This document shows, one piece after another, positions 30,797 through 40,397 of a DNA stretch of 64,000 nt. Every line of letters begins with the position of its first letter. Position 1 is the stretch's first letter. The stretch covers positions 6,400,001 through 6,464,000 of the forward strand of contig OZ240241.1 in the NCBI GenBank assembly GCA_965198115.1, given 5' to 3'. A program made the translations under genes and the position numbers. Source of the stretch: Candidatus Latescibacterota bacterium (GTDB taxonomy: Bacteria > Latescibacterota > UBA2968). The notes beneath the pieces were generated by a model that worked only from the letters and a program-made list of their open reading frames with translations, was not told where the DNA came from and did no database searches.

Positions 30797-31636
30797 TCAG
30801 GCTGGTTGGCCGTTGGAGACGATGGATTTGATGTCTTTGTAGGGTCGAACCTCGAGGAGTTCGCGGGTTTCGGGGTCGAGACGTTCGATGATTTCGTCCG
30901 GCCATTCCGTGCCGATCGTGTATTGCGGCATGTAGCGGAGGGTGAGGAAGCGACGATCGCGGTCTTGGGGTTTCCAGCTGAGGGCGCCGTGAGTGACCAT
31001 TTCGGAGATCATCGCGACGTCTCCTGCTTTCGGAGTGATGTTGGCCACACCAGCCGGGACATCGAAAGACCGGTAGTCCGGACTGTAACCTCCATCGGGG
31101 GATCGGCTCCCGGGATAGAAATACTCCTCCGGGCGGTCGAACTGACTCTTGTGCGAACCTGGGACGACGAGGAGGCCACCGTCGCCGGGATGGACGTCGG
31201 TGAGGTAGACGAAGATGACGAGGTGATCGCAGAGGACTCTGTCCTTTCCGATCAGATAGTAGGGCGCCTCGGGTCCACGCGTACCAGTCCCTTCGCGCTG
31301 GGAATGGAGGGGATGGAACTCGTGCGTGTGGTTGTTGATCATCAGGTTGCCACTCGTGAGGCGGGGCCGGTCGTGCATCAGCTCCAGTACGATCGGCCAG
31401 AAGGACGGATGACGTGTCAGTCGCTCGAGGGCCTTGTCGAAGGCGATCCCGAAGAAGTGCCAGATGAAGTGGTTGCGTTCGCGATCGACACGGAAGCCAG
31501 GCGGCAATTCGTCATCGGTGGTTCTCAGGTAACGCTCAGCCGCGTCCTGAGCGGCGGAAAGCTCATCAGACGTCAGCGCATCGGGGATGTGTAGGTAACC
31601 GGTCAGGTCGAAGAAGTAGCGTTGCTCGGGTGTCAT
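30797..31636 (-). CDS. PhyH-family dioxygenase
   Basis: MTPEQRYFFDLTGYL, LHSQ, VPGSHK, VTHG. Confidence 0.85.
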   Translation of the reverse strand: MTPEQRYFFDLTGYLHIPDALTSDELSAAQDAAERYLRTTDDELPPGFRVDRERNHFIWHFFGIAFDKALERLTRHPSFWPIVLELMHDRPRLTSGNLMINNHTHEFHPLHSQREGTGTRGPEAPYYLIGKDRVLCDHLVIFVYLTDVHPGDGGLLVVPGSHKSQFDRPEEYFYPGSRSPDGGYSPDYRSFDVPAGVANITPKAGDVAMISEMVTHGALSWKPQDRDRRFLTLRYMPQYTIGTEWPDEIIERLDPETRELLEVRPYKDIKSIVSNGQPA

Positions 31637-31840
31637 GGGGAAGACCTCGAAAAGTGGGGACCACGGAATACACGGAAGGGGGCGTCCGTGGAATCGAGGC
31701 CTATTCGGGGAGAGGATCGGTAAACCAAGTAAAAGAAAAAACTGGAACCACCTCTCACGTTCGTTCGAGGCAGGCTCCACACATTAATAACACGAACGGG
31801 ATACCGAGCAACAGAGATCGAAATGACTTGGCGGCGTGAT

Positions 31841-32599
31841 TCAGGTTGAGATGCCGAAGGCTTCGTTGTAGAGACGTGAGACGTCGTTCAAGTTGCCGTA
31901 GAAGGCGCGGGTTTCGGGGTCCGGGTCGTCTTTCCAGAGTCTGGGGGGGATGATGGAGTCGTTGGCGAGGAACTTTCGATCGCGATGTCCGTAGTAGGTC
32001 TGGGTCGTCTTGCGTTCGGCCTGCGTGGGGCGCGTCGTGGCGGTGTGCAGGACGGCGACGTTGAACAGGCAGACTGTTCCGGCCTGGCCGTGGATGTCGA
32101 CGATGCCACCGCGTTCGAGTTGAGCCTCCTTGTCCTCGAGAATGGGCTGATCGACGGATTCCGGCGAGAGGGAGAAACAGTGTGTCGATTCGCTCACGTC
32201 CGCGAGGTAGACCATACTCTGGATGTAATCCACCCGATACGGATGTTCCGGCCAATGGGGGCGATCGCGATGCCAGCCGCGGTGCAACTCGCCATCATAG
32301 GGTCCCATATGACGCGCACCGATCTCGCCGAAACAGATCGGTCCTCCCATCAGCTCGACAGCGGCCTCGAGAATCGGCGGATGACGCACGATTCGGTCGT
32401 ATCCGGAGGACGTTACGAGGGCGTCGTAGTTCGCGGATTGGTGGTAGCCATAGCGGTGCCAACGATACGCGTAGGTTTCTTTGTCGGTGTCGAAGATCTC
32501 AACGAAGTCTTCCAGTTCGGCCACGGAGATGAGGTCGGTGTGTACGATGTAGCCGTTCTGGCGGAAGAAATCGAGTTCGGTGGATGTGAGGATGGACAT
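31841..32599 (-). CDS. PhyH-family dioxygenase
   Basis: FFRQNGY, WHRD, AVLHTA. Confidence 0.85.
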   Translation of the reverse strand: MSILTSTELDFFRQNGYIVHTDLISVAELEDFVEIFDTDKETYAYRWHRYGYHQSANYDALVTSSGYDRIVRHPPILEAAVELMGGPICFGEIGARHMGPYDGELHRGWHRDRPHWPEHPYRVDYIQSMVYLADVSESTHCFSLSPESVDQPILEDKEAQLERGGIVDIHGQAGTVCLFNVAVLHTATTRPTQAERKTTQTYYGHRDRKFLANDSIIPPRLWKDDPDPETRAFYGNLNDVSRLYNEAFGIST

Positions 32600-32705
32600 A
32601 TAGGCAGAAGTTAAAATGAAAAAATTGGCGAGGACGAAGATCGGGATGTCGCTCCAAATGTCAAGCGATGCTGAGTGATCCACCGCAGAGCCGTAGGGAT
32701 TGACT

Positions 32706-32826
32706 TGTCTTCCCGGCATTGTTTCAAGCCGGGATCCATTCTCTGATTGGAAGATTCGTTACGCGCAAGCGCTTTCACGAAGATCAAAATGGGCCCGCCC
32801 CGGCACAAAAGCGTACCGGGGTGACA
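32706..32826. repeat. REP-like composite palindrome family A (also 34618-34734, 48155-48258, 51830-51970)
   Basis: TGTCATCCCGGC..GCCGGGATCC paired with TGGACCCCGG..CCGGGGTGAC; four intergenic copies. Confidence 0.75.
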
Positions 32827-32883
32827 CTTGTCTTTGTGTTGTGGCTATGGAGGTTCCGACTACGAAGGATTAGGGAGATTGGA

Positions 32884-33828
32884 TCAAGTGATGGCGTCGA
32901 TGACGGTCTGGTGGCCCCGATCTTCTGCGACGCTTCTTGGTGTGCGATCATCGGCGTCGGCCAGGGAGGGATCGGCGCCCTGCTTGATGAGTCGTTCGAC
33001 GATTCTGGGCAGGCCTTCCTCGGCGCAGAGGATGAGGGGGCGGTGCCGGGCGATTCCGTTGGGGTCTGCGCCCGCGTCCAGCAAGGCATCGACGAGGGAG
33101 AGGGATCTGGCGATTTTAATCGCGATGTCGAGAGGGGTCACACCTGCGATGTTCGGCTCGTACAGACGGGCACGCCGGCGTGGGATGTATAGCGCGGACA
33201 GTCTGCCCCGACCGAGTGCTTCCTGAAATGCGATTTCGCCGTCAGCGATCTGAGCTCGTAGGTTCTCACCACTGATCCACCAGCCCGGTAACTCGTACAT
33301 CACCGTAAACCCCATCCGCCTGTAAAGATGCTCGCAGAGACGGGAGGCGCTCGTGGCGATGTAGCGACAGCCGGCTTTTTCCACCTGTCGACAGACATGT
33401 TCCATTAACACGGTTCCGATGTCCTTTCCCCGCCCTCTTGGCCGGACGGCCACATCGTGGAGGGAGCCTATGCCGGTAGGGCCGGGCGTCAGCGCGAGCG
33501 TGGCGTGCCCTACAAGGCCGTGTCGGTCCCAGGCGGCGAAATAGTGGACACGATGCGGCGACTCGTCCATCATTCGGTTCATCGCCCTGATCATCGTTTC
33601 TGAATGGAAGTGGAGATCATCGCTCTCGACAGCTGGGACTTCCGAGGGTCTGGTGAACCGGATTCCACGAGCTGTCGAGGGGGCATCGTTCCGGTTCTTC
33701 ACGTCGAGCCACATCCCCCGATTGGCGTCGGGATACCAGCAGAAGCCACGTGCGACGAGGCGTGCACCAAGATCCGCGGGCCTGATTCGCGGTCTTGCCC
33801 CGAAGGCCAGGCGGGGGCCGTTGCTGGC
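32884..33828 (-). CDS. GNAT acetyltransferase-ankyrin repeat fusion, probably 5'-truncated
   Basis: PADLGARLVARGF, VAVRPRGRGKDIG, LYRRMGF; ankyrin TPLDIA...LLDAGADPN, LIKQGADPS. Confidence 0.75.
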   Translation of the reverse strand, partial: ASNGPRLAFGARPRIRPADLGARLVARGFCWYPDANRGMWLDVKNRNDAPSTARGIRFTRPSEVPAVESDDLHFHSETMIRAMNRMMDESPHRVHYFAAWDRHGLVGHATLALTPGPTGIGSLHDVAVRPRGRGKDIGTVLMEHVCRQVEKAGCRYIATSASRLCEHLYRRMGFTVMYELPGWWISGENLRAQIADGEIAFQEALGRGRLSALYIPRRRARLYEPNIAGVTPLDIAIKIARSLSLVDALLDAGADPNGIARHRPLILCAEEGLPRIVERLIKQGADPSLADADDRTPRSVAEDRGHQTVIDAIT

Positions 33829-34564
33829 TTACTACTGGACCCGCAACAGCGTCGATGCCGAAGACATCGTGCAGGAAGCGATGTTCCAGGCGATGGAGCA
33901 GCTCGAGACGCTCCGGGATCCGGATCGTTTCGCACCGTGGGTCCGCACGATCGCGACGAACCTGTGCCGTATGTGGCATCGCGAGCGGCACCGATCGGTT
34001 GGATCTCTCGACGATCCTGACCTGGTACCCGTCCGCGATGCATTACCCAGTGCGGAGCCCCAACCCTCGGATGTGGTTGAAGCCGGCGAACGGGATTGGC
34101 TGATCGGAGAGATGCTCGAGCGGTTGCCCAAGCAAGCTCGACTGACGGCGACGCTCTACTACCTGAGAGAGCTGTCCTACGACGAAATTGGGACGTTCTT
34201 GGACATTCCCTCAGCCACCGTGCGAGTGAGACTTCACAGGGCACGGAAACTGCTCAAAAAGGAGGCGATACAGATGTTCTCCGATTTCGCAGGTGACTCA
34301 CAGTCGACGCAGGTTGAACTGAAGGATTCGGAGGGATATCTCCACGTTCAGGAGAAGGGGTGGGGGTTTCTCAGACCAGAGCAAGGTGCAGAATCCGATC
34401 CGGATGACATCTATGTCTCACACAGCCAGATTAAACGGTTCGGGTTGAAAGAAGAGGATCGGATCGCCGGTCCGGCGCGGCCGCCCAGGGGAGAGGAAGG
34501 ATACTGGGCGCTCATCCGACTTGTGGAGGTGAATGGAGAACCCCATAAAACCAGTGAAAAGTGA
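33821..34564 (+). CDS. ECF sigma-70 factor fused to a Rho RNA-binding domain (5' end missing)
   Basis: DAEDIVQE, FAPWVRTIATN, LSYDEIG...TVRVRLHRAR; then GWGFLR...PDDIYVSHSQIKRFGL...RPP. Confidence 0.85.
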   Translation: MLAYYWTRNSVDAEDIVQEAMFQAMEQLETLRDPDRFAPWVRTIATNLCRMWHRERHRSVGSLDDPDLVPVRDALPSAEPQPSDVVEAGERDWLIGEMLERLPKQARLTATLYYLRELSYDEIGTFLDIPSATVRVRLHRARKLLKKEAIQMFSDFAGDSQSTQVELKDSEGYLHVQEKGWGFLRPEQGAESDPDDIYVSHSQIKRFGLKEEDRIAGPARPPRGEEGYWALIRLVEVNGEPHKTSEK

Positions 34565-34793
34565 AAAATGAAAATTTGCCTACTGCTTGTTGCAGGTCGT
34601 TTCCTCATCCAACCCGCTGTCATCCCGGCAGGCTGCAGGCCGGGATCTGTTTCCAGCCCTTATGTAAGGTGTTCTTCCTCAGATTCTTCGACCGACCAGG
34701 ATGGACCCCGGCCAGGATCCGAGCCGGGGTGACGATTCCATTCCAATCGTGAGGCATTGCTCTTGTCGTCCACGACGGTGATGGCGATTCTTA

Positions 34794-37100
34794 GTGCCGT
34801 CCTTAACGAGGAAAGCGATGCAGATTCCGGTCGAAACTATTCACATTGCTGCTGCGGAAGCGGATGACGATCTCACATTCGCGGCGGTCTACGCGGCTGA
34901 CGAGATTGCGTATGTGAGCGGTGTTCGCCCGCACGTAACACCGCGATCGAACCCAGAAGGATTCTACACCCTTCGCGTCGACCGGCGCGATGGATTGCCC
35001 GCCGACAGCTATACGATTACGTCCGACGAAGCGTCACTCACGATATCCTCCTCATCCAGACGGGGCCTGCTGTTCGGGATCGGCCGGTTTCTTCGACTGA
35101 GTCCCTTCCGAGATGACTGTCTGGACATTCCTGCTGATCTGGATCTGCAGTTCTCGCCTTCCAGCCGTATTCGCGGCTACCAGATCGGCTACGGCCATCT
35201 GAGCAACAGTATGGATTCCTGGTCGGTCGCCCAGTTCGATCGATACATCCGGGACCTGGTTCTGTTCGGATGCAACGCGATCGAGATCGAGTACAAACCG
35301 GACCCCAGCCCTCATCACAAGCTTCCGTTCGACGAGATGACGGCCGAACTGTCCATTCTTGCAGCACGATACGACCTCGATTGCACCGTCTGGATTCCGA
35401 ACTGGGAAGACGAAGCCTACTATCTCGACACCGTGGCCTCCGGACGAGAGTTGGAGGATCGCGGACGCTTCTTTCACATTCTGCCAAAGATTTCCGCTAT
35501 CACCGTTCCCGGGGGAGATCCGGGCAAGCTGAGTCCGGATGTCCTGTTCCCCTGGGTTCAACGTCTCACCGAGACGCTGGCCTCCAGTGGTCATCCACCC
35601 CTGGCCTGGGTTTCCGCCCAGTGGATGAGAGCGGATACGGCGTGGTACGATGCCTTTTCCCGGCAGGCGAACAGGAATCCGGGTTGGTTGGCGGGTATCG
35701 TACACGGGCCGTGGACTCAGCTTTCGATACCGGAGCTGAGGGCCCGACTTCGCAGTGACCTGCCGATCCGGCGATACGACGATTTGACGCACGGCATATT
35801 CTGCCAATACCCGATTCCGGATTGGGATCTCGCCCACGCGATGACGTCCGGCCGCGAGTCGATCAATCCTCGACCAAAAGCCTACAAACATATCCACAAT
35901 CTTTACCACCGTGATACCGTTGGCAGCACGCCTCACACCACTGGCATCAACGCGGATATCAACACATTCGTGTGGTTGGACCAGGAGTGGGATCCAGATA
36001 CGGCTCCGCGTGACACGCTGAAAGATTACACACGCATCTTTCTATCCACGGACCTGGAAGATGAATTCGCGGACGGCGCGCTGGCACTCGAGGAGAACTG
36101 GGAAGGGGCCCTCGCGGCGAACGAAAGTGTAGAGGAGACGCTCGACCGGTGGAAACAGCTCGAGCAATCGGCCGATCCTGATGTGAACGCACACTGGCGA
36201 TTTCAATGCCCGTTGCTCAGGGTCTATTACGATGCGTCGGTGCGGAGAAGACTGGTTCGTGAAAGAAGGACAGCGGAACGGGCGGTCGAGGAACTCTCTT
36301 CGGATCGATCGAGGGAGGCCGTTCATCGGGCACTTACGTGGCTGGAGGAACGAACGACGGACTCAATCGAAATCGAGCTGCGCGAGAAATGCGTGAACCT
36401 ATCAAAATCGCTGTTCAGATCCGTTGGGCTCAAATCGTCTGTGGACGAACACGGCGCGGCACAGAAGGGCCGTGGGGCGTTTATGGACGCGATCGATGAG
36501 CCGCTGAACGACTCGAGATGGCTGATCAACCATCTCGAGGAGGCATTGGCGGCAGAATCCCCCTCGGAGAGATGGTCACGCGTTGGTGCGATTCTAGACC
36601 GGTCAGATTCCGGATATGGAGGGATCTACGACAACCTTGGAACACACGAGCAAATCGGTCGGCTGGTGAATCCTGTTGACGTGTCGGAAGACCCCGGGGG
36701 ACTGGCGGGTTCTCGATCGGCATTCGGGATCGCGTTGGAAGGGATGCTCCGATCGCAAACGGTTGAGATCAAGTCACACGACGGTTACCCGATCCCAAAG
36801 GCGTGGTTGACCTGTGTGGAGTCGATTTACGACACCCCGCTGATTCTGGCGTATGACGGATTGGAAGATGGGAGTGCTTATACCCTGCGCATCGTCTACT
36901 CGAGTAGGATCGGCAAGTTGGCCAAACTGGTCGCGAACGACCATGTTGTGCACGATCTGATCGCGACGGGGGATGAGCCTTTGAAAAAGTTCGAGATTCC
37001 GGCAGGGGTTGTGCGGGATGGAAAGCTCGAGCTTCGATGGACGGGTGGCGGGGAGCGTGGGGTACAGGTGGCTGAGCTGTGGATAACGCCCAAGCATTGA
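34794..37100 (+). CDS. Large hypothetical protein, glycoside hydrolase-like (GH20/GH67-type N-terminal domain)
   Basis: DSYTI...RGLLFGIGRFLR, RIRGYQIGY; 768-aa ORF with coding-like composition. Confidence 0.6.
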   Translation: MPSLTRKAMQIPVETIHIAAAEADDDLTFAAVYAADEIAYVSGVRPHVTPRSNPEGFYTLRVDRRDGLPADSYTITSDEASLTISSSSRRGLLFGIGRFLRLSPFRDDCLDIPADLDLQFSPSSRIRGYQIGYGHLSNSMDSWSVAQFDRYIRDLVLFGCNAIEIEYKPDPSPHHKLPFDEMTAELSILAARYDLDCTVWIPNWEDEAYYLDTVASGRELEDRGRFFHILPKISAITVPGGDPGKLSPDVLFPWVQRLTETLASSGHPPLAWVSAQWMRADTAWYDAFSRQANRNPGWLAGIVHGPWTQLSIPELRARLRSDLPIRRYDDLTHGIFCQYPIPDWDLAHAMTSGRESINPRPKAYKHIHNLYHRDTVGSTPHTTGINADINTFVWLDQEWDPDTAPRDTLKDYTRIFLSTDLEDEFADGALALEENWEGALAANESVEETLDRWKQLEQSADPDVNAHWRFQCPLLRVYYDASVRRRLVRERRTAERAVEELSSDRSREAVHRALTWLEERTTDSIEIELREKCVNLSKSLFRSVGLKSSVDEHGAAQKGRGAFMDAIDEPLNDSRWLINHLEEALAAESPSERWSRVGAILDRSDSGYGGIYDNLGTHEQIGRLVNPVDVSEDPGGLAGSRSAFGIALEGMLRSQTVEIKSHDGYPIPKAWLTCVESIYDTPLILAYDGLEDGSAYTLRIVYSSRIGKLAKLVANDHVVHDLIATGDEPLKKFEIPAGVVRDGKLELRWTGGGERGVQVAELWITPKH

Positions 37101-37191
37101 CCAGTGACAATTGACCGTTGACCAGTGACCAAAGCTCAGGCGATGCCTTGACACGGTTGCATCGGTACTCGTCCCTTCCACACAGCTCCTT

Positions 37192-39210
37192 TCACTTCGG
37201 AACGCGCTCGACGATTTCCCCCGGCCAACGGTTAAGCGGTTTGGGGCTTCCGGATAACGGACTCCGGCCAACGGCTTTTCTTGGTTTGGCGTACCAACGG
37301 CGTAGCACGGCTTCGGCGGGTTTGTTCTGTGGGGTGAAGTTTTCGTCATAGATGCCACCGGTGAAGGTATGGTTGGGGAACCATTTCCAGATGTAGGCGC
37401 CGGCGAACCAGGGTTTGTCCCAGAAGGCGGCGAAGAAGGCTTCGTAGGCGTTGACCTGTGTTTGCAGGTCTTCGTAATATGGTGTGGTGTTGTCGGCGTT
37501 CCATTCCCAGGGTTGGATGGCGGCGTCAGTTGCGCTGTGGTAGCCGATCTCGGTCATGAGGACAGGCTTGTTGTGGCGTCGATGGACCCGTTCGATCGAC
37601 GGGATATGACGGTCCCAACCGGCGAGGAGCTGTTTGACGGTGGGGCTGTGGTTGTCGACGAGCGGGAAGTAAGCCTGAATGCCGATGTAATCGACCGCGT
37701 CCCAGAATGGCACGTCCTCGAATTCGTCGTGCCAGTTTGCGGCGTAGACAAGAGAGCCGTCGTAGACGGTCCTGATTTCCTGGATGAGGTCCCGCCACTC
37801 GCGTTCTCGGTGGACCGTGCCGTGCAACTCGGTTCCGATACACAGCGCCTCGATGTCGGATCGGGCTGCGAGTTCGGCGTAGTGCATCATAAAAGCTTCG
37901 TAACTCGCGAACCACGCCTTCCAGTCCTCTTCGCTTTCCATCGCGATTTCGCCGCGCCAGCGTCCCTCGCGTACCTGACTCAGCCAGACGTGAGGCTTTA
38001 ACAGGGTACGGATGCCGAATTGTCGGGCCGTTCGTGCCGTTGCCCCGACGCCGCGATCGCTTTCACCCCACCAGCCGGCATCGGGACGGTAGCGGATCTC
38101 CGTATCGGCCACCCTTCGCTGCCACCCGAAGGGTGTCTGTGCGATCCAATTGACGTTGTTCTTCACGAGCGGGATGAAAGCGTCGTCACTCATTCCCTCA
38201 CGGCCGGCCACCCAGCTGACGGCTCGGTGGAAACCATCGGGGGGCGATAAAGGACGGTGGTAGTCGGCCAGATCGTGCGGCGAAACCGTCAGCGTGTCGG
38301 AATGCGTCTCTTGACCGTTGGTGATGACAACGTCTGCGAGACTGGATCGAGCAACCCTCTCCCCGATGACCGTCAACTTGTAAGCTCCGACGGGCAAATC
38401 TACCCGATAGGCACCGCGTTTAGCCGAGGTGACGAAGGATTGGTTCAGCCGCTCGGCCTGAGCGATGCGAACAAGTGCCGGCGGATAGGACCCGGTCACT
38501 GTCCAGCGGACCTGTCCGGTCAGCTGGCCCATTTGCTGATCTTTCCCGATCAACAGAAGATCGCCTCGCGCCCTCGCCAGGGTCGCTTTCCGGCGGCCTT
38601 CCCCCCAGATGACTCGGCCAGGACGACGGTCCCCCTCATCCGCATCGTAGACTGCCAGTCCCAACCCAAGCACACTCCCATCATCGATCTGGAGATCAGG
38701 GTCGATGGCGTCGAGTTCGAAAGCCCATTCATAGATGCGTCTGTCTTCACTCAAGGTGATGGCGACACTCGCGTGCTCCCATTCTATTTCCTTGGCTTGA
38801 CTGTCCGTTGCCCGACGCGTCGATTCACCATAAAGACCGTACTGACGGCCCGGCGAGATGGGCGTGTGGTTGACGTCGATGACGATCTCGCAGGCATCCT
38901 GGCGATACCTGCGCCGGTCGCGGTCCTGCGTGGAGACGAAGTTGTCGTCTTCGACTTCGATCAGGAGATACAGGCGTGGTGGCGAGAGGGAATAACCCGA
39001 TCTGAGGATCACGGAAAAATTGCCCCGGCTGCCTGGCGCGGGCACGATCGTAGACTCATAGGAATCGGCAGGCCAATCGCTTGCGTGGCCATCCACTGTG
39101 ATCGGAGCGATCGGTCGAGTGAGCGATAGTGCGCCATTGTGAGCGATGGCGTCGATGCACGAGGAAAAGGTCAGTGCAAGAAGGGCGAGGATTTCAGCAG
39201 TTCGTTTCAC
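37192..39210 (-). CDS. Secreted CBM9-like + beta-sandwich + GH113-like glycoside hydrolase
   Basis: Signal peptide, ITVDGHASDW; LLKPHVW, CIGTEL, YAANW, IGIQAYFPL, MTEIGY, FTPQNKPAE; GTG start overlaps the upstream stop. Confidence 0.75.
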   Translation of the reverse strand: MKRTAEILALLALTFSSCIDAIAHNGALSLTRPIAPITVDGHASDWPADSYESTIVPAPGSRGNFSVILRSGYSLSPPRLYLLIEVEDDNFVSTQDRDRRRYRQDACEIVIDVNHTPISPGRQYGLYGESTRRATDSQAKEIEWEHASVAITLSEDRRIYEWAFELDAIDPDLQIDDGSVLGLGLAVYDADEGDRRPGRVIWGEGRRKATLARARGDLLLIGKDQQMGQLTGQVRWTVTGSYPPALVRIAQAERLNQSFVTSAKRGAYRVDLPVGAYKLTVIGERVARSSLADVVITNGQETHSDTLTVSPHDLADYHRPLSPPDGFHRAVSWVAGREGMSDDAFIPLVKNNVNWIAQTPFGWQRRVADTEIRYRPDAGWWGESDRGVGATARTARQFGIRTLLKPHVWLSQVREGRWRGEIAMESEEDWKAWFASYEAFMMHYAELAARSDIEALCIGTELHGTVHREREWRDLIQEIRTVYDGSLVYAANWHDEFEDVPFWDAVDYIGIQAYFPLVDNHSPTVKQLLAGWDRHIPSIERVHRRHNKPVLMTEIGYHSATDAAIQPWEWNADNTTPYYEDLQTQVNAYEAFFAAFWDKPWFAGAYIWKWFPNHTFTGGIYDENFTPQNKPAEAVLRRWYAKPRKAVGRSPLSGSPKPLNRWPGEIVERVPK

Positions 39211-39665
39211 AGGCGCTTGATGAAGTAGTAAGCATCGTGCTTCGGGTGGGGATGGATCGTGTAGCCCATTGAGAGTTTCAATCCGTAGTTTTCGGTGCTG
39301 CCGGTCGGGCTGAGCGACCGAATCTGATAGCAGTCTCGTTCGCAACAGATTTCGATGGCGCGATTCTGTAAACGCCGGCCCCAGCCCTGTCGACGATGCT
39401 CGGGCAGGACTCCAAAGGCGATGACGAAGCCTTCCGTCAACGACTCGCCGTTCCGTGTGACCGGCGAATGGCCCTCCTCGCTGCCGATGGTCTGAATGTA
39501 GAAACGATGGAAGCCGACGCACGTTTCTTTGGAGAAGGCACCCAGAAGAATCGCCTCAGCGATGTAGTCAGGACGCTGATCGATATACTTCGCCTGATTC
39601 ATCTGCGCAGCGATGGATCGAACGGCATCGATTTCGGCTTCGGATGTGATCATTCGGATGGGCAT
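39207..39665 (-). CDS. GNAT family acetyltransferase
   Basis: FGVLPEHRRQGWG. Confidence 0.8.
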   Translation of the reverse strand: MPIRMITSEAEIDAVRSIAAQMNQAKYIDQRPDYIAEAILLGAFSKETCVGFHRFYIQTIGSEEGHSPVTRNGESLTEGFVIAFGVLPEHRRQGWGRRLQNRAIEICCERDCYQIRSLSPTGSTENYGLKLSMGYTIHPHPKHDAYYFIKRL

Positions 39666-39773
39666 CTACTCTTTGACATCTTTTACACCGTTCAGGTTGC
39701 GAGGTCAGTAAACTTCGACGGTCTTCAGCACCAACGGCGCGTCATCGAGAATCGAGTATCTGGAAGATCGCCT

Positions 39774-40280
39774 TCAATAGAGCCATTTCGAGTAAGTAAC
39801 GTCTGCGTCTTTCATTACGTCGTACAACCAGACCATACGGTCGAGGAACCACATCTTGCCGATGTAGGTGAGAGCCAATCCTGACGCTGTCATCCACGGA
39901 TGGTGCTCGACGAAGCCGTAGATGAGGAGGATCATCCCGGTGACGGAGAGCGCGTTCAGGCAGGCGATGACGCGATTGAAATGGGTGGGGATCGGGATCG
40001 CCTTGCGATTCAGCCAGACGCGTTCGCCAAGGACGGCCTTCGACGACCACCGGTCGGTCGTTGCCGGTTTGGGAAAGGCACGTGGGTTAATCCAGATCCA
40101 GACACCCAGCGCGGTCAGGACGTACCAGAATGTGACACCTAACCAGTCGTTATACCAGACGGCTATCGCGATGAGTCCGAGCGTGACGAATCGAGTCCAG
40201 ACACTCCAGGGATTGGCGTGGCGCGCCCAGACCTCATCCGTCATTCGGAAAGCGGATGCGAGATGGTTGGAGAGGGCCAT
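39774..40280 (-). CDS. Conserved membrane protein (DUF6653-like)
   Basis: WARHANPWSVWTR, WINPRAFP, VLGERVW, KMWFLDRMV. Confidence 0.7.
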   Translation of the reverse strand: MALSNHLASAFRMTDEVWARHANPWSVWTRFVTLGLIAIAVWYNDWLGVTFWYVLTALGVWIWINPRAFPKPATTDRWSSKAVLGERVWLNRKAIPIPTHFNRVIACLNALSVTGMILLIYGFVEHHPWMTASGLALTYIGKMWFLDRMVWLYDVMKDADVTYSKWLY

Positions 40281-40397
40281 TGGCTCTTGTGGTTCGTGAT
40301 CCCGAGACTTCCCTCACGTGCGTTCGAGGCAGGCTCGCGCTCACTCTGTCGGGTTATGGCTTGAGAATACCGCGAGCTGTCGTACGACGTGATCCCG

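Noticed and set aside
34330-34564. Canonical rho gene
   Set aside because: Only the RNA-binding domain is present; no ATPase follows the stop
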